In this document: positions 8,918-18,605 of the stretch, piece by piece
Numbering within the stretch: position 1 is the first letter of the stretch
How the letters are laid out: each line of letters starts with the position of its first letter
Source of the DNA: Actinomycetota bacterium
Lineage (GTDB): Bacteria; Actinomycetota; Acidimicrobiia; Acidimicrobiales; CADCTF01
DNA: 60,642 nucleotides
Assembly: GCA_034668185.1 (NCBI GenBank)
Contig: JAXDPV010000245.1
Span: 1 to 60,642 of the forward strand
Direction: 5' to 3'
Program-made: the position numbers and the translations under genes
The notes under the pieces: generated by a model
Seen by the model: only the letters and a program-made list of their open reading frames with translations
Told to the model about the DNA's origin: nothing
The model's database searches: none

Positions 8918-9808
8918 ATGGCCGACCACCGATTCGAGTCCGTCCCGGCTGTCCGTGAAGCGCTGCAGGGCGTCGACTACCTCGCCGACGAGGGCATCGC
9001 CGGCGTCGTCTACCTGGCCGACCGGCTCCAGAAGCCGATCCTCGTCGAGGGCCCGGCGGGCACGGGCAAGACCGAGCTGGCCAAGAGCACGGCCCGCATG
9101 ACGGGCGCCCGCCTCATCAGGCTCCAGTGCTACGAGGGCCTCGACGAATCCAAGGCCCTGTACGAGTGGAACTACAAGAAGCAACTCCTCCGCATCCAGG
9201 CCCAGCGGGTGGTCGAGGAGGGCGGCGAAGGCAAGTGGACCGAGATCGAGGAGGACATCTTCGGCGAGGACTTCCTGCTCACCCGCCCACTGCTCGAAGC
9301 CATCCGGAGCAAGGACCCGGTCGTCCTGCTGATCGACGAGGTCGACCGCGTCGAGATCGAGACCGAGGCCCTCTTGCTCGAGATCCTGTCCGACTACCAG
9401 GTGTCGATCCCCGAGCTCGGCACCATCGAGGCCACCCAGATCCCGCTCGTCTTCCTCACGTCGAACAACACCAGAGAGCTGAGCGAGGCCCTCAAGCGCC
9501 GCTGCCTCTACCTCCACCTCGACTACCCGACGCTGGAACGGGAGAAGGAGATCGTCCTCACCCGGGTCCCCGACGTGAGCGACCACCTGGCCGACCAGAT
9601 CGTGCGCATCGTCCGCAGCATCCGCAGCCTCGAGCTCAAGAAGCACCCGTCGGTCAGCGAGACGATCGACTGGGCCCGCACCCTCGTCCTCCTGGGCATC
9701 GAGAACATCGACGCCGAGCAGGCCAAGGAGACGCTCCACATCCTCCTGAAGTACCAATCCGACATCACCAAGGCGGCCAAGGAACTGTCGACCAACGGCG
9801 CGCGCTAA
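8918..9808 (+). CDS. MoxR-family AAA+ ATPase (CoxD-like)
   Basis: Start at ATG 8918 (MADHRFESV). Walker A GPAGTGKT, Walker B VLLIDEVDR, and SEALKRRCLYLHLDYP, which is typical of MoxR/CoxD. Confidence 0.85.
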   Translation: MADHRFESVPAVREALQGVDYLADEGIAGVVYLADRLQKPILVEGPAGTGKTELAKSTARMTGARLIRLQCYEGLDESKALYEWNYKKQLLRIQAQRVVEEGGEGKWTEIEEDIFGEDFLLTRPLLEAIRSKDPVVLLIDEVDRVEIETEALLLEILSDYQVSIPELGTIEATQIPLVFLTSNNTRELSEALKRRCLYLHLDYPTLEREKEIVLTRVPDVSDHLADQIVRIVRSIRSLELKKHPSVSETIDWARTLVLLGIENIDAEQAKETLHILLKYQSDITKAAKELSTNGAR

Positions 9809-9812
9809 GACC

Positions 9813-11240
9813 ATGCTCGACCTGCTCGCCGGCTTCATCCAGGAGCTGCGCAACGCCGGCCTCCCGGTGTCGCTCACCGAGAACCTCGACGCCATGGAGG
9901 CGATCCAGCACATCCCCATCGAGGATCGCGACGCCTTCAAGTACGCGCTGGCGGCCACGCTGGTCAAGAACAACGGCCACTGGAAGACGTTCGAGACCGT
10001 GTTCGAGGTCTACTTCTCGATGCGGGGCCCGCACTACAACATCGCCGACCACGACGCCGACGACGAAGCCCTGGCCCAGATGATCGACGAGATGATGGGC
10101 CAGCAGCAGCAACAGGGCGGCGGGCTCGAGGGCATGACGCCAGAGGAACTGGCCGAGATGCTCTACAAGGCGTTGCAGAACGCCGACGAAGCCATGCTCA
10201 AGGCCATCGCCCGCCAAGCCGTGCAGCGCTTCTCGGGCATGGAGCCGGGCCGGCCCGTCGGCGGCACCTATTACCTCTACCGCACGCTGCGCAACCTCGA
10301 CCTCGACGGCGTCCTCGAACGGCTCATGCAACAGGCCCAGGACACGGCCGACGGCAAGCAGTCCGACCTCGAGGAGCGCCTGACGCGGGACGAGTACGCG
10401 GACCGCATCGACAAGCTCAAGAAGGAGATCGAGGCCGAGATCCGTCGCCGCCTGGTCGCCGACCGGGGCGCGGAGGCGATGGCCAAGACGCTGCGCAAGC
10501 CGTTGCCGGAAGAGGTCGACTTCATGCACGCCTCACGGGAAGAGCTGTCGATGCTGCGGCGGGCGATCTACCCGCTGACCCGGAAGCTGGCCGTGCGCCT
10601 GGCCCGCAAGCGCCGCCACGGACGCAAGGGGCCGCTCGACTTCCGCAACACCGTCAGGCACTCGCTGTCCTACGGCGGCGTGCCCGCCGAGCCCAAGTTC
10701 AAGTACCCCCGCCCGGCCAAGCCCGAGATCGTCGTGGTGGCCGACATCAGCGGTTCGGTGGCCGCCTTCGCCCGCTTCACCCTCCAGTTCGTCTACGCCA
10801 TCTCGTCGCAGTTCTCCAAGGTGCGTTCGTTCGTCTTCATCGACGGCATCGACGAGGTCACCTCGTACTTCGAAGGCGTCGAGGACGTGATGGACGCCGT
10901 CCACCGCATCAACACCGAGGCCGACGTCATCTGGGTCGACGGCCACTCCGACTACGGCCACGCTTTCGAGACCTTCTGGAACAAGTGGGGCAAGGAGATC
11001 ACCAAGAAGTCGACGGTGATCCTCCTCGGCGACGCCCGCAACAACTACCACGCCTCCCAGGCGTGGGTGGTGAAGGAGATCGAGCAGCGGGCCCGCCACG
11101 TCTTCTGGCTCAACCCCGAGCCCCGGGCTTACTGGGACACGGGCGACTCCATCGTCAGCGAGTACGGCGCCCATTGCGACGGCGTGTTCGAGTGCCGCAA
11201 CCTGAAGCAGTTGGAGAAGTTCGTCGAGCAATTGGCGTAG
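9813..11240 (+). CDS. VWA domain protein (CoxE-like), partner of the MoxR ATPase
   Basis: 475 aa. N-terminus MLDLLAGFIQELRNAGLPVS is typical of CoxE-like proteins. C-terminal VWA domain with MIDAS VVVADISGSV and ILLGDARNN. Starts 4 nt after the MoxR stop. Confidence 0.8.
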   Translation: MLDLLAGFIQELRNAGLPVSLTENLDAMEAIQHIPIEDRDAFKYALAATLVKNNGHWKTFETVFEVYFSMRGPHYNIADHDADDEALAQMIDEMMGQQQQQGGGLEGMTPEELAEMLYKALQNADEAMLKAIARQAVQRFSGMEPGRPVGGTYYLYRTLRNLDLDGVLERLMQQAQDTADGKQSDLEERLTRDEYADRIDKLKKEIEAEIRRRLVADRGAEAMAKTLRKPLPEEVDFMHASREELSMLRRAIYPLTRKLAVRLARKRRHGRKGPLDFRNTVRHSLSYGGVPAEPKFKYPRPAKPEIVVVADISGSVAAFARFTLQFVYAISSQFSKVRSFVFIDGIDEVTSYFEGVEDVMDAVHRINTEADVIWVDGHSDYGHAFETFWNKWGKEITKKSTVILLGDARNNYHASQAWVVKEIEQRARHVFWLNPEPRAYWDTGDSIVSEYGAHCDGVFECRNLKQLEKFVEQLA

Positions 11241-11252
11241 TACAAACGGGGC

Positions 11253-11891
11253 GTGACCCGCCTCCTGCTGATCCGCCATGGCCAGGCCCAGTCGGCCGTC
11301 GACGAGGTCGTCGGCGGGCCCAAGGGCTGCACCGGCCTCTCCGACCTGGGCCGGCGCCAGGCCGCCGCCCTCCGCCGGCGGCTGGAGCGGACGGGAGAGA
11401 TCGAGGGGCCGGTCGCCCTCTACGCCAGCATCCTTCCCCGGGCCATCGAGACCGCCGAGATCGTGGCCGCCGCGCTCGGCGACCCGGCGCCGGCCGTCGG
11501 TACCCAGTGCGAGCTGTGCGAGGTCCATCCGGGCGACGAGATCGACGGTATGCCGTGGTCGGAGTTCACCGCGTTGTACGAGTGGCCGCCGACGTCGAAC
11601 CCCTACCGGGGTTGGGCGCCGGGCGCCGAGAGCTGGGCCGACTTCGTCCTACGGGTCGGGCGCGAGCTGAACCGCCTCACCGAGGACGTACACAAGGGCG
11701 GCACCGTCGTGGTGGCGTGCCACGGCGGGGTGATCGAGGCCGCCCTCATCGCCCTGGCCGACCTGCCGATGAAGTTGCCCTTCCGGGTCCAGATCGACAA
11801 CACCTCGATCACCGAATGGCGCCTGGTCGACGAGCGCTGGACGTTGGTGCGTTTCAACGACGCCGCCCACCTCGCCGACGTGGCCGACTGA
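11253..11891 (+). CDS. Histidine phosphatase family protein (phosphoglycerate-mutase-like)
   Basis: GTG start. Contains LLLIRHGQA (the RHG motif) and a later CHGGVI motif. Confidence 0.8.
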   Translation: MTRLLLIRHGQAQSAVDEVVGGPKGCTGLSDLGRRQAAALRRRLERTGEIEGPVALYASILPRAIETAEIVAAALGDPAPAVGTQCELCEVHPGDEIDGMPWSEFTALYEWPPTSNPYRGWAPGAESWADFVLRVGRELNRLTEDVHKGGTVVVACHGGVIEAALIALADLPMKLPFRVQIDNTSITEWRLVDERWTLVRFNDAAHLADVAD

Positions 11892-14243
11892 GTGCCGTAC
11901 CTCGTCCCCGACGAGGACGTCGTCGCCATCATCGACTCGCCTCCGACGCCGGCGGTGTCGGTGAGCCCGGACGGCCGGCGCCTGGTGCTGATCCACTACG
12001 AGTCGCACCCGCCCATCGCCCTGCTGGCCCGGCCGTTCCTCCGGTTGGCGGGTGTGCGCGTCGACCCCGATCGCCGGTGCCGGCAACGGACCCTGCGGCT
12101 GATCGGGCTCACCATCGTGGACGTGGATTCCGGCGTGCACCGCCCGGTCGAGTTGCCGGTCGGCGCCGCCGTCAGTGTGCCCACGTGGTCGCCCGACAGC
12201 CGGCGCTTCGTCTTCACCGTCGACGCCGACGACGGCGTCGAGCCCTGGATAGGCGACGCCGCCACCGCCACCGCCCGGCCGCTGTCGCGCGGGCTGCGGG
12301 TGGTCGACATCCTCACCGGCGGCCAGTTGGGTGGGAGCGCCGGCCCCATCCGTTGGAGTCGCGACAGCTCGCAGTTGTTCGCCCTGGCGGTGCCGGCCGA
12401 TGCGGCGCCGTTGCCAGCCGGCGTCGTCGAACCGCACGTGCAGGAGACGGCCGGCAAGTCGAGTCAGATGTTCACGTTCCAGGACCTGTTGACCTCGGCC
12501 GTCGACGAGGACCGCTTCGAGGCGCTGGCCACCACCCAACTCGTGCGGGTGGACGCCTCGACCGGCGCCGTCACCGCCCTCGGGCGGCCGGGCCTCCTCC
12601 GTTGGTTCGCCGACTCGCCCGACGGTCGCCGCCTGCTCGTGTACGTGTCCGAGCGGCCGTTCTCGTTCCGTGTCCCGTGCTCGCGCTTCCCCCAGCGGAT
12701 CGAGGTGTGGTCGGCGTCGAGTGGCGAGGTCGAGCACACGGTAGCGACGTTGCCGGTGGCCGACGAGGTGCCGCGCCACGGCGTGCCCATGGGCCCCCGC
12801 AACGTCGAGTGGGAGGAGACCGAGGACGCCACCCTGCTGTGGCTCGAGGCGCTCGACGGCGGTGACCCAACGACCGCGGCCGAGCATCGCGACCTGGTGA
12901 TGCGATGGTCGTTGGAGGACGGCGGCGGTTCGCCGGCCGAGGCCTTCCGCACCCGGCACCGTTGCCTCGGTTGGTGGGACCTGGCCGCCGACGGCGAGCT
13001 CCTCGTCCTCGAGCACGACCGCGACCGGCGGTGGCGCACCACGACCCGCGTCGACGTGCGCGATCCGTCGTCGGCGTCGGTGGTGTTCGACCTGTCGGCC
13101 AACGACGCCTACGCCAACCCGGGCCTGCCGTTGGTCGAACGGCGGGCCGACGGGCGGGTGCTGGTGATCGCCGACGGCGACGCCATCTTCCTGCGGGGCA
13201 CCGGGGCCACGCCCGAGGGCAACCGCCCGTTCCTCGACCGCTTCGACGTGGTCACCGGGTCGAAGGTTCGCTTGCACGCCAGCCCGGCCGGCGCCCTCGA
13301 GCCCGTGGTCGCGCTGGTCGGCGACGACCGCGGCTCGGTGCTGGTGCGCCGGGAGAGCACGACCGAGCCGCCCAACTTCGTCGTCATCGCGCCCGGCGGC
13401 GGGCGCCGGTGGATCACGTCGTTCGCCGATCCCCACCCGCAGTTGACCGGGGCGAGCAAGCGCATCCGCACCCATCACCGGCCCGACGGCGTCGCGTTGT
13501 CGGGCGTGCTCCACCTCCCGCCTGGCCACGACCCCGCGGTACACGGGCGCCTGCCGCTGGTGTTGTGGGCGTACCCGCTCGACTACGGCGACGCCGATAC
13601 CGCCGGCCAGGTGCGGACCAGCGACCAGGGCTTCACCCGGCTGACGGCGCTCATGCCGGTCTGGTTCCTGTTGCGGGGCTACGCGGTGTTGATGGACGCC
13701 ACCATGCCGGTCATCGGCGACCCCGAGACGATGAACGACACCTACGTCGAGCAGGTGACCTCGGCGGCCCGGGCCCACGTCGACGCCTTGGACGACGACG
13801 GCATCGTCGACCGTTCCCGCGTCGTGGTCGCGGGCCACAGCTACGGCGGGTACATGACCGCCAACCTGCTGGCCCACACCGACCTGTTCGCCGCCGGCAT
13901 CGCCCGCAGCGGCGCCTACAACCGGTCGCTCACGCCTTTCGGTTTTCAGAGCGAGCGCCGCAACTTCTGGGAGGCGGCCTCGGTGTACGACGCCATGTCG
14001 CCCTTCCGTTTCGCCGACCGCCTGCGCACGCCGCTGCTGTTGATCCACGGCGCCGAGGACGCCAACCCGGGAACGCTGACCGTGCAGTCCGAGCGCTTGT
14101 TCCAGGCGCTGCAGGGCCTCGGTGGCGTGGCCCGCCTGGTGTTGTTGCCCCACGAGAGCCACGGGTACCTGGCCCGCGAATCGGTGTTGCACGTGCTGGC
14201 CGAACAGTTCGCCTGGGCCGAGCGGTGGGCTCCGGCCGGTTGA
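11892..14243 (+). CDS. S9 family serine peptidase (prolyl oligopeptidase / acylaminoacyl peptidase-like)
   Basis: 783 aa with a beta-propeller-like N-terminal part. The C-terminal hydrolase domain has the nucleophile elbow VVAGHSYGGYM, Asp in IHGAEDANP and His in PHESHGY. Confidence 0.85.
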   Translation: MPYLVPDEDVVAIIDSPPTPAVSVSPDGRRLVLIHYESHPPIALLARPFLRLAGVRVDPDRRCRQRTLRLIGLTIVDVDSGVHRPVELPVGAAVSVPTWSPDSRRFVFTVDADDGVEPWIGDAATATARPLSRGLRVVDILTGGQLGGSAGPIRWSRDSSQLFALAVPADAAPLPAGVVEPHVQETAGKSSQMFTFQDLLTSAVDEDRFEALATTQLVRVDASTGAVTALGRPGLLRWFADSPDGRRLLVYVSERPFSFRVPCSRFPQRIEVWSASSGEVEHTVATLPVADEVPRHGVPMGPRNVEWEETEDATLLWLEALDGGDPTTAAEHRDLVMRWSLEDGGGSPAEAFRTRHRCLGWWDLAADGELLVLEHDRDRRWRTTTRVDVRDPSSASVVFDLSANDAYANPGLPLVERRADGRVLVIADGDAIFLRGTGATPEGNRPFLDRFDVVTGSKVRLHASPAGALEPVVALVGDDRGSVLVRRESTTEPPNFVVIAPGGGRRWITSFADPHPQLTGASKRIRTHHRPDGVALSGVLHLPPGHDPAVHGRLPLVLWAYPLDYGDADTAGQVRTSDQGFTRLTALMPVWFLLRGYAVLMDATMPVIGDPETMNDTYVEQVTSAARAHVDALDDDGIVDRSRVVVAGHSYGGYMTANLLAHTDLFAAGIARSGAYNRSLTPFGFQSERRNFWEAASVYDAMSPFRFADRLRTPLLLIHGAEDANPGTLTVQSERLFQALQGLGGVARLVLLPHESHGYLARESVLHVLAEQFAWAERWAPAG

Positions 14244-14253
14244 CCTTGGCGCG

Positions 14254-15045
14254 CTAGTCGCCGGTCGAGACCTCGGCCAGCACCCCGAAGTGGTCGGTGG
14301 GGTAGGTGCCGGTCAGCGCCCGGTCGCACACGACCCGGCACGACTCGACCCGACCGGCGCCGCCGGCCTTGCGCCAGCCCACGAAGACGTAGTCGATGCG
14401 CCGGTCGGGCTCGAACTCGGCGGCGGCGAAGGGGTTGTGGTTGTCCCACGTGTAGCCCGGCCCCCGACCGCCCGCGACCCGCCAGGCGTCCTGAAAGTAC
14501 GTGCTGCGGCCGCCCAAGGAAGCGAGCCCGGAGAGGAAGCGGATCTCGGTGGAGTCGGGGTCGGCGTTGAAGTCGCCGGCCAGGATGGGCGGCAGGGGAG
14601 AGGTGGGCGAGGCGTGCTCGGTGATGAGCTCGTCGATGCGGGCGACCTGGTTCTCCCGCAGTGCCCCGGACTCGTAGAGCCACGTGAGGTGGGTGTTGAA
14701 GACGTCGACGCCGCCGATGCGGGCATGGACCAACATGCGCACGATGTCGGTCGGACCTGGCTCGTTGGGCAGCGGGTACGAGGCCTCGAAGTCGAGGGCC
14801 GACCTTGCCAGGATGGCGGGACCGAACAACGAGCCCGGCCGGGCCTCGACCCCGGCGAAGGTGCAGCCCGCGAACCCGGCCTTGTCGGCCAGCCAGCGGG
14901 CGGTGTTGCGCTCGCCGTCGTCGACGACCTCTTGGAGGCAGACGACGTCAGGTTCGAGTCGGGCCAGCCACGCGAGGACTTCCTCCCGGCGCTGCCGCCA
15001 CGGGCCCGACAGGTTCCAGAGGTTGAGCGTCAGCACCCGCAGCAT
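14254..15045 (-). CDS. Endonuclease/exonuclease/phosphatase (EEP) family protein
   Basis: Starts MLRVLTLNLWNL...DVVCLQEV and ends PTDHFGVLAEV. Both ends are classic for EEP proteins. Confidence 0.8.
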   Translation of the reverse strand: MLRVLTLNLWNLSGPWRQRREEVLAWLARLEPDVVCLQEVVDDGERNTARWLADKAGFAGCTFAGVEARPGSLFGPAILARSALDFEASYPLPNEPGPTDIVRMLVHARIGGVDVFNTHLTWLYESGALRENQVARIDELITEHASPTSPLPPILAGDFNADPDSTEIRFLSGLASLGGRSTYFQDAWRVAGGRGPGYTWDNHNPFAAAEFEPDRRIDYVFVGWRKAGGAGRVESCRVVCDRALTGTYPTDHFGVLAEVSTGD

Positions 15046-15886
15046 GGCCCGACGCTACGCGCTGGGGCGGCGGGGCGCTGTTGCCCCGCAGGAACAGGTG
15101 CGTGACCGGGACGAGGTAAGCGGCCCAGGCGATCACCTGCTCGGTCGAGGGGCGCGGGTCCCAGCCGAACATGGCCGCGAGGAACTTGCCGACCTCCGTA
15201 TGTTGCGTCAGCCAGGCGAACCCGGTGAGGTCGTAGACGTTGTCGTGGATCGTGCCCAGGTCGCCGGCCGCTTGGAGGAAGAGCACGGTGCGGGCCAGGA
15301 GGCCGGCGGCGAAGACGATGATGATGATGCCGGTCACGGTGAAGAAGGCCTTCATCGGCAGGCGGCGGCCGCCCAGGTAGACGAGCACGCCGAGGACCGC
15401 GGCGATGGCCGTGCCCGCGAGGGCGCCGAACAGCACCTGGGTGCCGGCGGCCGACGTGGCCGCGGCGATGAGGAACAGCGAGGCCTCGACGCCTTCTCGC
15501 AGGACGGCGAGGAAGGCAACCAGCGCCACCGCCCGCCCGACCTTGCTGCCCCCGCTGGCCAGGGCGTCGTCGATGTGGTGCTCGATGTCGCCCTTGATGG
15601 CCCGGCTCTGGCGGCGCATCCAGAAGATCATCCACGTGAGCACGGCCGCCGCCGCCAGCGACACGATGGCGAACGCCCGCAGGCGGGCCACGCCGTCGAG
15701 GCTGCCGATGGTGAGGTGGATCACGACGGCGATCAGCGACGCCACCGCCACCGCCGCCGCCACCCCGAGCCACGCCCACCGGCTGAGGTCGAGGCGCTCG
15801 ATCCGCCTCAGGTAGGCGAACACGATCGAGACCACCAGGGCGGCCTCGAATCCCTCACGCAGCATGATAAGGAGAGACGGCAACAT
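14948..15886 (-). CDS. FTR1/EfeU-family iron permease
   Basis: Two REGxE motifs (MLREGFEAAL and VLREGVEASL) and multiple TM segments. The 3' tail overlaps the EEP gene by 98 nt. Confidence 0.8.
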   Translation of the reverse strand: MLPSLLIMLREGFEAALVVSIVFAYLRRIERLDLSRWAWLGVAAAVAVASLIAVVIHLTIGSLDGVARLRAFAIVSLAAAAVLTWMIFWMRRQSRAIKGDIEHHIDDALASGGSKVGRAVALVAFLAVLREGVEASLFLIAAATSAAGTQVLFGALAGTAIAAVLGVLVYLGGRRLPMKAFFTVTGIIIIVFAAGLLARTVLFLQAAGDLGTIHDNVYDLTGFAWLTQHTEVGKFLAAMFGWDPRPSTEQVIAWAAYLVPVTHLFLRGNSAPPPQRVASGHAAGADAQPLEPVGPVAAAPGGSPRVAGPTRT

Positions 15887-15932
15887 ATTGTTAGGTCAGC
15901 CTAACATCGGGTCTCGTGCTAGTTCCACTTGG

Positions 15933-16382
15933 GTGCGTTCCCATCCTGCGTCCTCTTCCGCCTCGGTCCACGTCCCCGCTCCGCCCTCTGACGTGTACCC
16001 GTTGTTGGCCGATCCGGAGCGCCGTCCCTCCTGGATGACCGAGCTCCGCAGCGTCTCGGCGCCCGACGTGCACGTGCCCCTCGAGCCCGGCGACCGCTTC
16101 TTCGGCGAGACCACCATCCTCCGCCACGACCTCCTGGGCGTCAGCGAGGTCACCGTCGCCCACACCGGCCACGAGCTGGCCGAGTCCGTCGTCATCGGCG
16201 CCCGCTTCGTCAGCCGCTGGACCCTCTCGCCCTCGTCCTCCGGCACCGGCACCGACGTCACCCACACCCTCGACGTCGAGTTCCCCGGCGGCCCCTTCGG
16301 TCGCATCGAACGCTGGGTCCTCCGCCGCCGACTGGCCGCCATCCAGCGAGACAGCCTCGCCAACCTCGCCCAACGCTTTTGA
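15933..16382 (+). CDS. SRPBCC (START/polyketide-cyclase-like) family protein
   Basis: ASVHVPAPPSDVYPLLADPERRPSWMTEL is typical of SRPBCC N-termini. The start is uncertain: GTG 15933 was chosen, and the ORF is open from 15864. Confidence 0.6.
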   Translation: MRSHPASSSASVHVPAPPSDVYPLLADPERRPSWMTELRSVSAPDVHVPLEPGDRFFGETTILRHDLLGVSEVTVAHTGHELAESVVIGARFVSRWTLSPSSSGTGTDVTHTLDVEFPGGPFGRIERWVLRRRLAAIQRDSLANLAQRF

Positions 16383-16397
16383 CAAACGGCGAAAGGC

Positions 16398-17654
16398 TTA
16401 GGCCGAGCGGATCATGCCGGCGCCGGCGGTGGCGTTGGTGGCTTCGTCGATGAGGATGAACGAGCCGGTGATGCGATTCTGGGCGTAGGCGTCGACGGCC
16501 AGGGGAGAGCTGGTGCGCAGGCGGACCCGGCCGATGCCGTTCAAGCCCAGCTCGGGGATGCCGGTCTCCTCGTCGAGCGTGTTGACGTCGAGGCGGTGGA
16601 CGACCTCGGCCACGACCGCCTTGGCCGCACGGGTGGTGTGCTTGATCGTGTACTTGTTGCCGGCGACGAGCGGACGGTCGACCATCCAGCACACGTCGGC
16701 TTCGAACTCACGGGTGACCAACGGCTCCTGACCGACGGGGGCAATCAGGTCGCCACGGGAGATGTCGATCTCGTCGGCCAGGCGGATCGTCACCGCCATC
16801 GGAGCGAACGCCTCGGTGACCTCGCCCTCCAAGGTGTCGATCGACAAGATCGTCGACCGCAACCCCGACGGCAACACCACCACGGCATCGCCAGGATGGA
16901 AGCGCCCGCCCGCGACCTGGCCGGCGTAACCCCGGTAGTCGTGGTGCTCGTCGGACATCGGCCGGATGACGTACTGCACCGGGAACCGACCCTCGACCGG
17001 GTCGTGGTCGTGGACGTCGACCTTCTCCAGGTGCTCCAACAACGGAGGCCCCGAGTACCACGACAACAAGGGCGAGGCGTCGACCACGTTGTCGCCGTTC
17101 AAAGCAGAAACAGGGATCGGCGTGACCTCGACCTCGTGGGTCGAGTCGATGGCCTCCACGAACGCCTCGAACTCACGGGCGATGGCGTCGAACACGTCCT
17201 CCGACCACTCGACCAGGTCCATCTTGTTGACGCACAACACCAGGTGACGGATGCCCAGCAACGTGGCCAGGAAGGCATGGCGCCGGCTCTGCTCGACCAC
17301 GCCCTTGCGGGCATCGACCAACACGATGGCCAGGTCGGCGGTCGAAGCCCCCGTGACCATGTTGCGGGTGTACTGCACGTGCCCGGGGGTGTCGGCGATG
17401 ATGAACTTGCGCCGGGGCGTGGCGAAGTAGCGGTAGGCGACGTCGATGGTGATGCCCTGCTCCCGCTCGGCCCGCAGCCCGTCCGTCAGCAAGGCCAGGT
17501 TCACGTACCCGTCGCCCCGCCGCTGCGACGACAGCTCGACCGCTTCCAACTGGTCTTCGAAGATCGACTTCGAGTCGTGCAGCAACCGCCCGATCAACGT
17601 CGACTTCCCGTCGTCGACGGAGCCCGCGGTGGCAAATCGCAACAGTTCGGTCAT
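16398..17654 (-). CDS. cysN: Sulfate adenylyltransferase subunit 1 (GTPase)
   Basis: GSVDDGKST (G1), DTPGH (G3), NKMD (G4), with an EF-Tu-like domain organisation. Confidence 0.92.
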   Translation of the reverse strand: MTELLRFATAGSVDDGKSTLIGRLLHDSKSIFEDQLEAVELSSQRRGDGYVNLALLTDGLRAEREQGITIDVAYRYFATPRRKFIIADTPGHVQYTRNMVTGASTADLAIVLVDARKGVVEQSRRHAFLATLLGIRHLVLCVNKMDLVEWSEDVFDAIAREFEAFVEAIDSTHEVEVTPIPVSALNGDNVVDASPLLSWYSGPPLLEHLEKVDVHDHDPVEGRFPVQYVIRPMSDEHHDYRGYAGQVAGGRFHPGDAVVVLPSGLRSTILSIDTLEGEVTEAFAPMAVTIRLADEIDISRGDLIAPVGQEPLVTREFEADVCWMVDRPLVAGNKYTIKHTTRAAKAVVAEVVHRLDVNTLDEETGIPELGLNGIGRVRLRTSSPLAVDAYAQNRITGSFILIDEATNATAGAGMIRSA

Positions 17655-17666
17655 GACGAGGAAGGC

Positions 17667-18605
17667 TTAGAAATACCCTTCCCGCTTGCGGTCTTCCATG
17701 GCCGCCTCGGAGAACTTGTCGTCGGCCCTGGTCGCGCCCCGCTCGGTGATGCGGGTGGCGGCGACCTCGGTGATGACCTCCTCCAGCGTACGGGCGTCGG
17801 AACGGACGGCACCGGTGCAGGACATGTCGCCGACCGTGCGATAGCGCACGACCTCGGAGAACGGCTCCTCGCCCTCACGGGGCTGGGTCACGTCGGTGAC
17901 CGCCAGCAGCATCCCGTCACGGGCGAACACCTTGCGCTCGTGGGCGAAGTAGATCGACGGCACCTCGAGCTGCTCGAGGGCGATGTACTGCCACACGTCC
18001 ATCTCGGTCCAGTTGGAGATGGGGAAGGCCCGGATGTGCTCGCCCTTGCGGATGCGGCCGTTGAACAGGTTCCACAGCTCGGGGCGCTGGTTCTTCGGGT
18101 CCCATTGCCCGAAGTCGTCGCGGAACGACAGGACCCGCTCCTTGGCCCGTGCCTTCTCCTCGTCGCGCCGGGCGCCACCGAAGGCGGCGTCGAAGCCGTG
18201 CTCCTCGATGGCCCGGAGCAGCGTCGTGGTCTGCAGGCGGTTGCGCCCGGCCCGCACGTCCTCGACCACCCGGCCGGCGTCGATGTCGTCCTGCACCGAG
18301 GCAACCACCAGGCGCTCGCCGAGCTCGGCCACACGACGGTCGCGGTACTCGTAGACCTCGTCGAAGTTGTGGCCGGTGTCGACGTGCATCAAGGGGAACG
18401 GGAAACGACCGGGGCGGAACGCCTTCTCGGCCAATCGCAGCAGGACGATCGAGTCCTTCCCGCCGCTGAACAGCAGCACGGGGCGTTCGAACTCGGCCGC
18501 GACCTCGCGCATGATGAAGATGGCCTCGGCCTCCAAGGCCTCTAGGTGCGTCAGCCGGTTGGCCCGGGTGCCAGTCGTGGAGCGGGGTTCGTCGAGGAGC
18601 GTCAT
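17667..18605 (-). CDS. cysD: Sulfate adenylyltransferase subunit 2
   Basis: Start at ATG 18605 (MTLLDEP). PP-loop LLFSGGKDS. The C-terminal ATRITERGATRADDK...MEDRKREGYF is typical of CysD. ATGA overlap with the cysH stop. Confidence 0.92.
   Translation of the reverse strand: MTLLDEPRSTTGTRANRLTHLEALEAEAIFIMREVAAEFERPVLLFSGGKDSIVLLRLAEKAFRPGRFPFPLMHVDTGHNFDEVYEYRDRRVAELGERLVVASVQDDIDAGRVVEDVRAGRNRLQTTTLLRAIEEHGFDAAFGGARRDEEKARAKERVLSFRDDFGQWDPKNQRPELWNLFNGRIRKGEHIRAFPISNWTEMDVWQYIALEQLEVPSIYFAHERKVFARDGMLLAVTDVTQPREGEEPFSEVVRYRTVGDMSCTGAVRSDARTLEEVITEVAATRITERGATRADDKFSEAAMEDRKREGYF

Noticed and set aside
8876-14192. Long minus-strand ORFs 8876..9973, 9765..10529, 10533..11528 and 11649..14192
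   Set aside because: All are antisense to plus-strand genes with strong motifs (MoxR, VWA, histidine phosphatase, S9 peptidase). None has motifs of its own.
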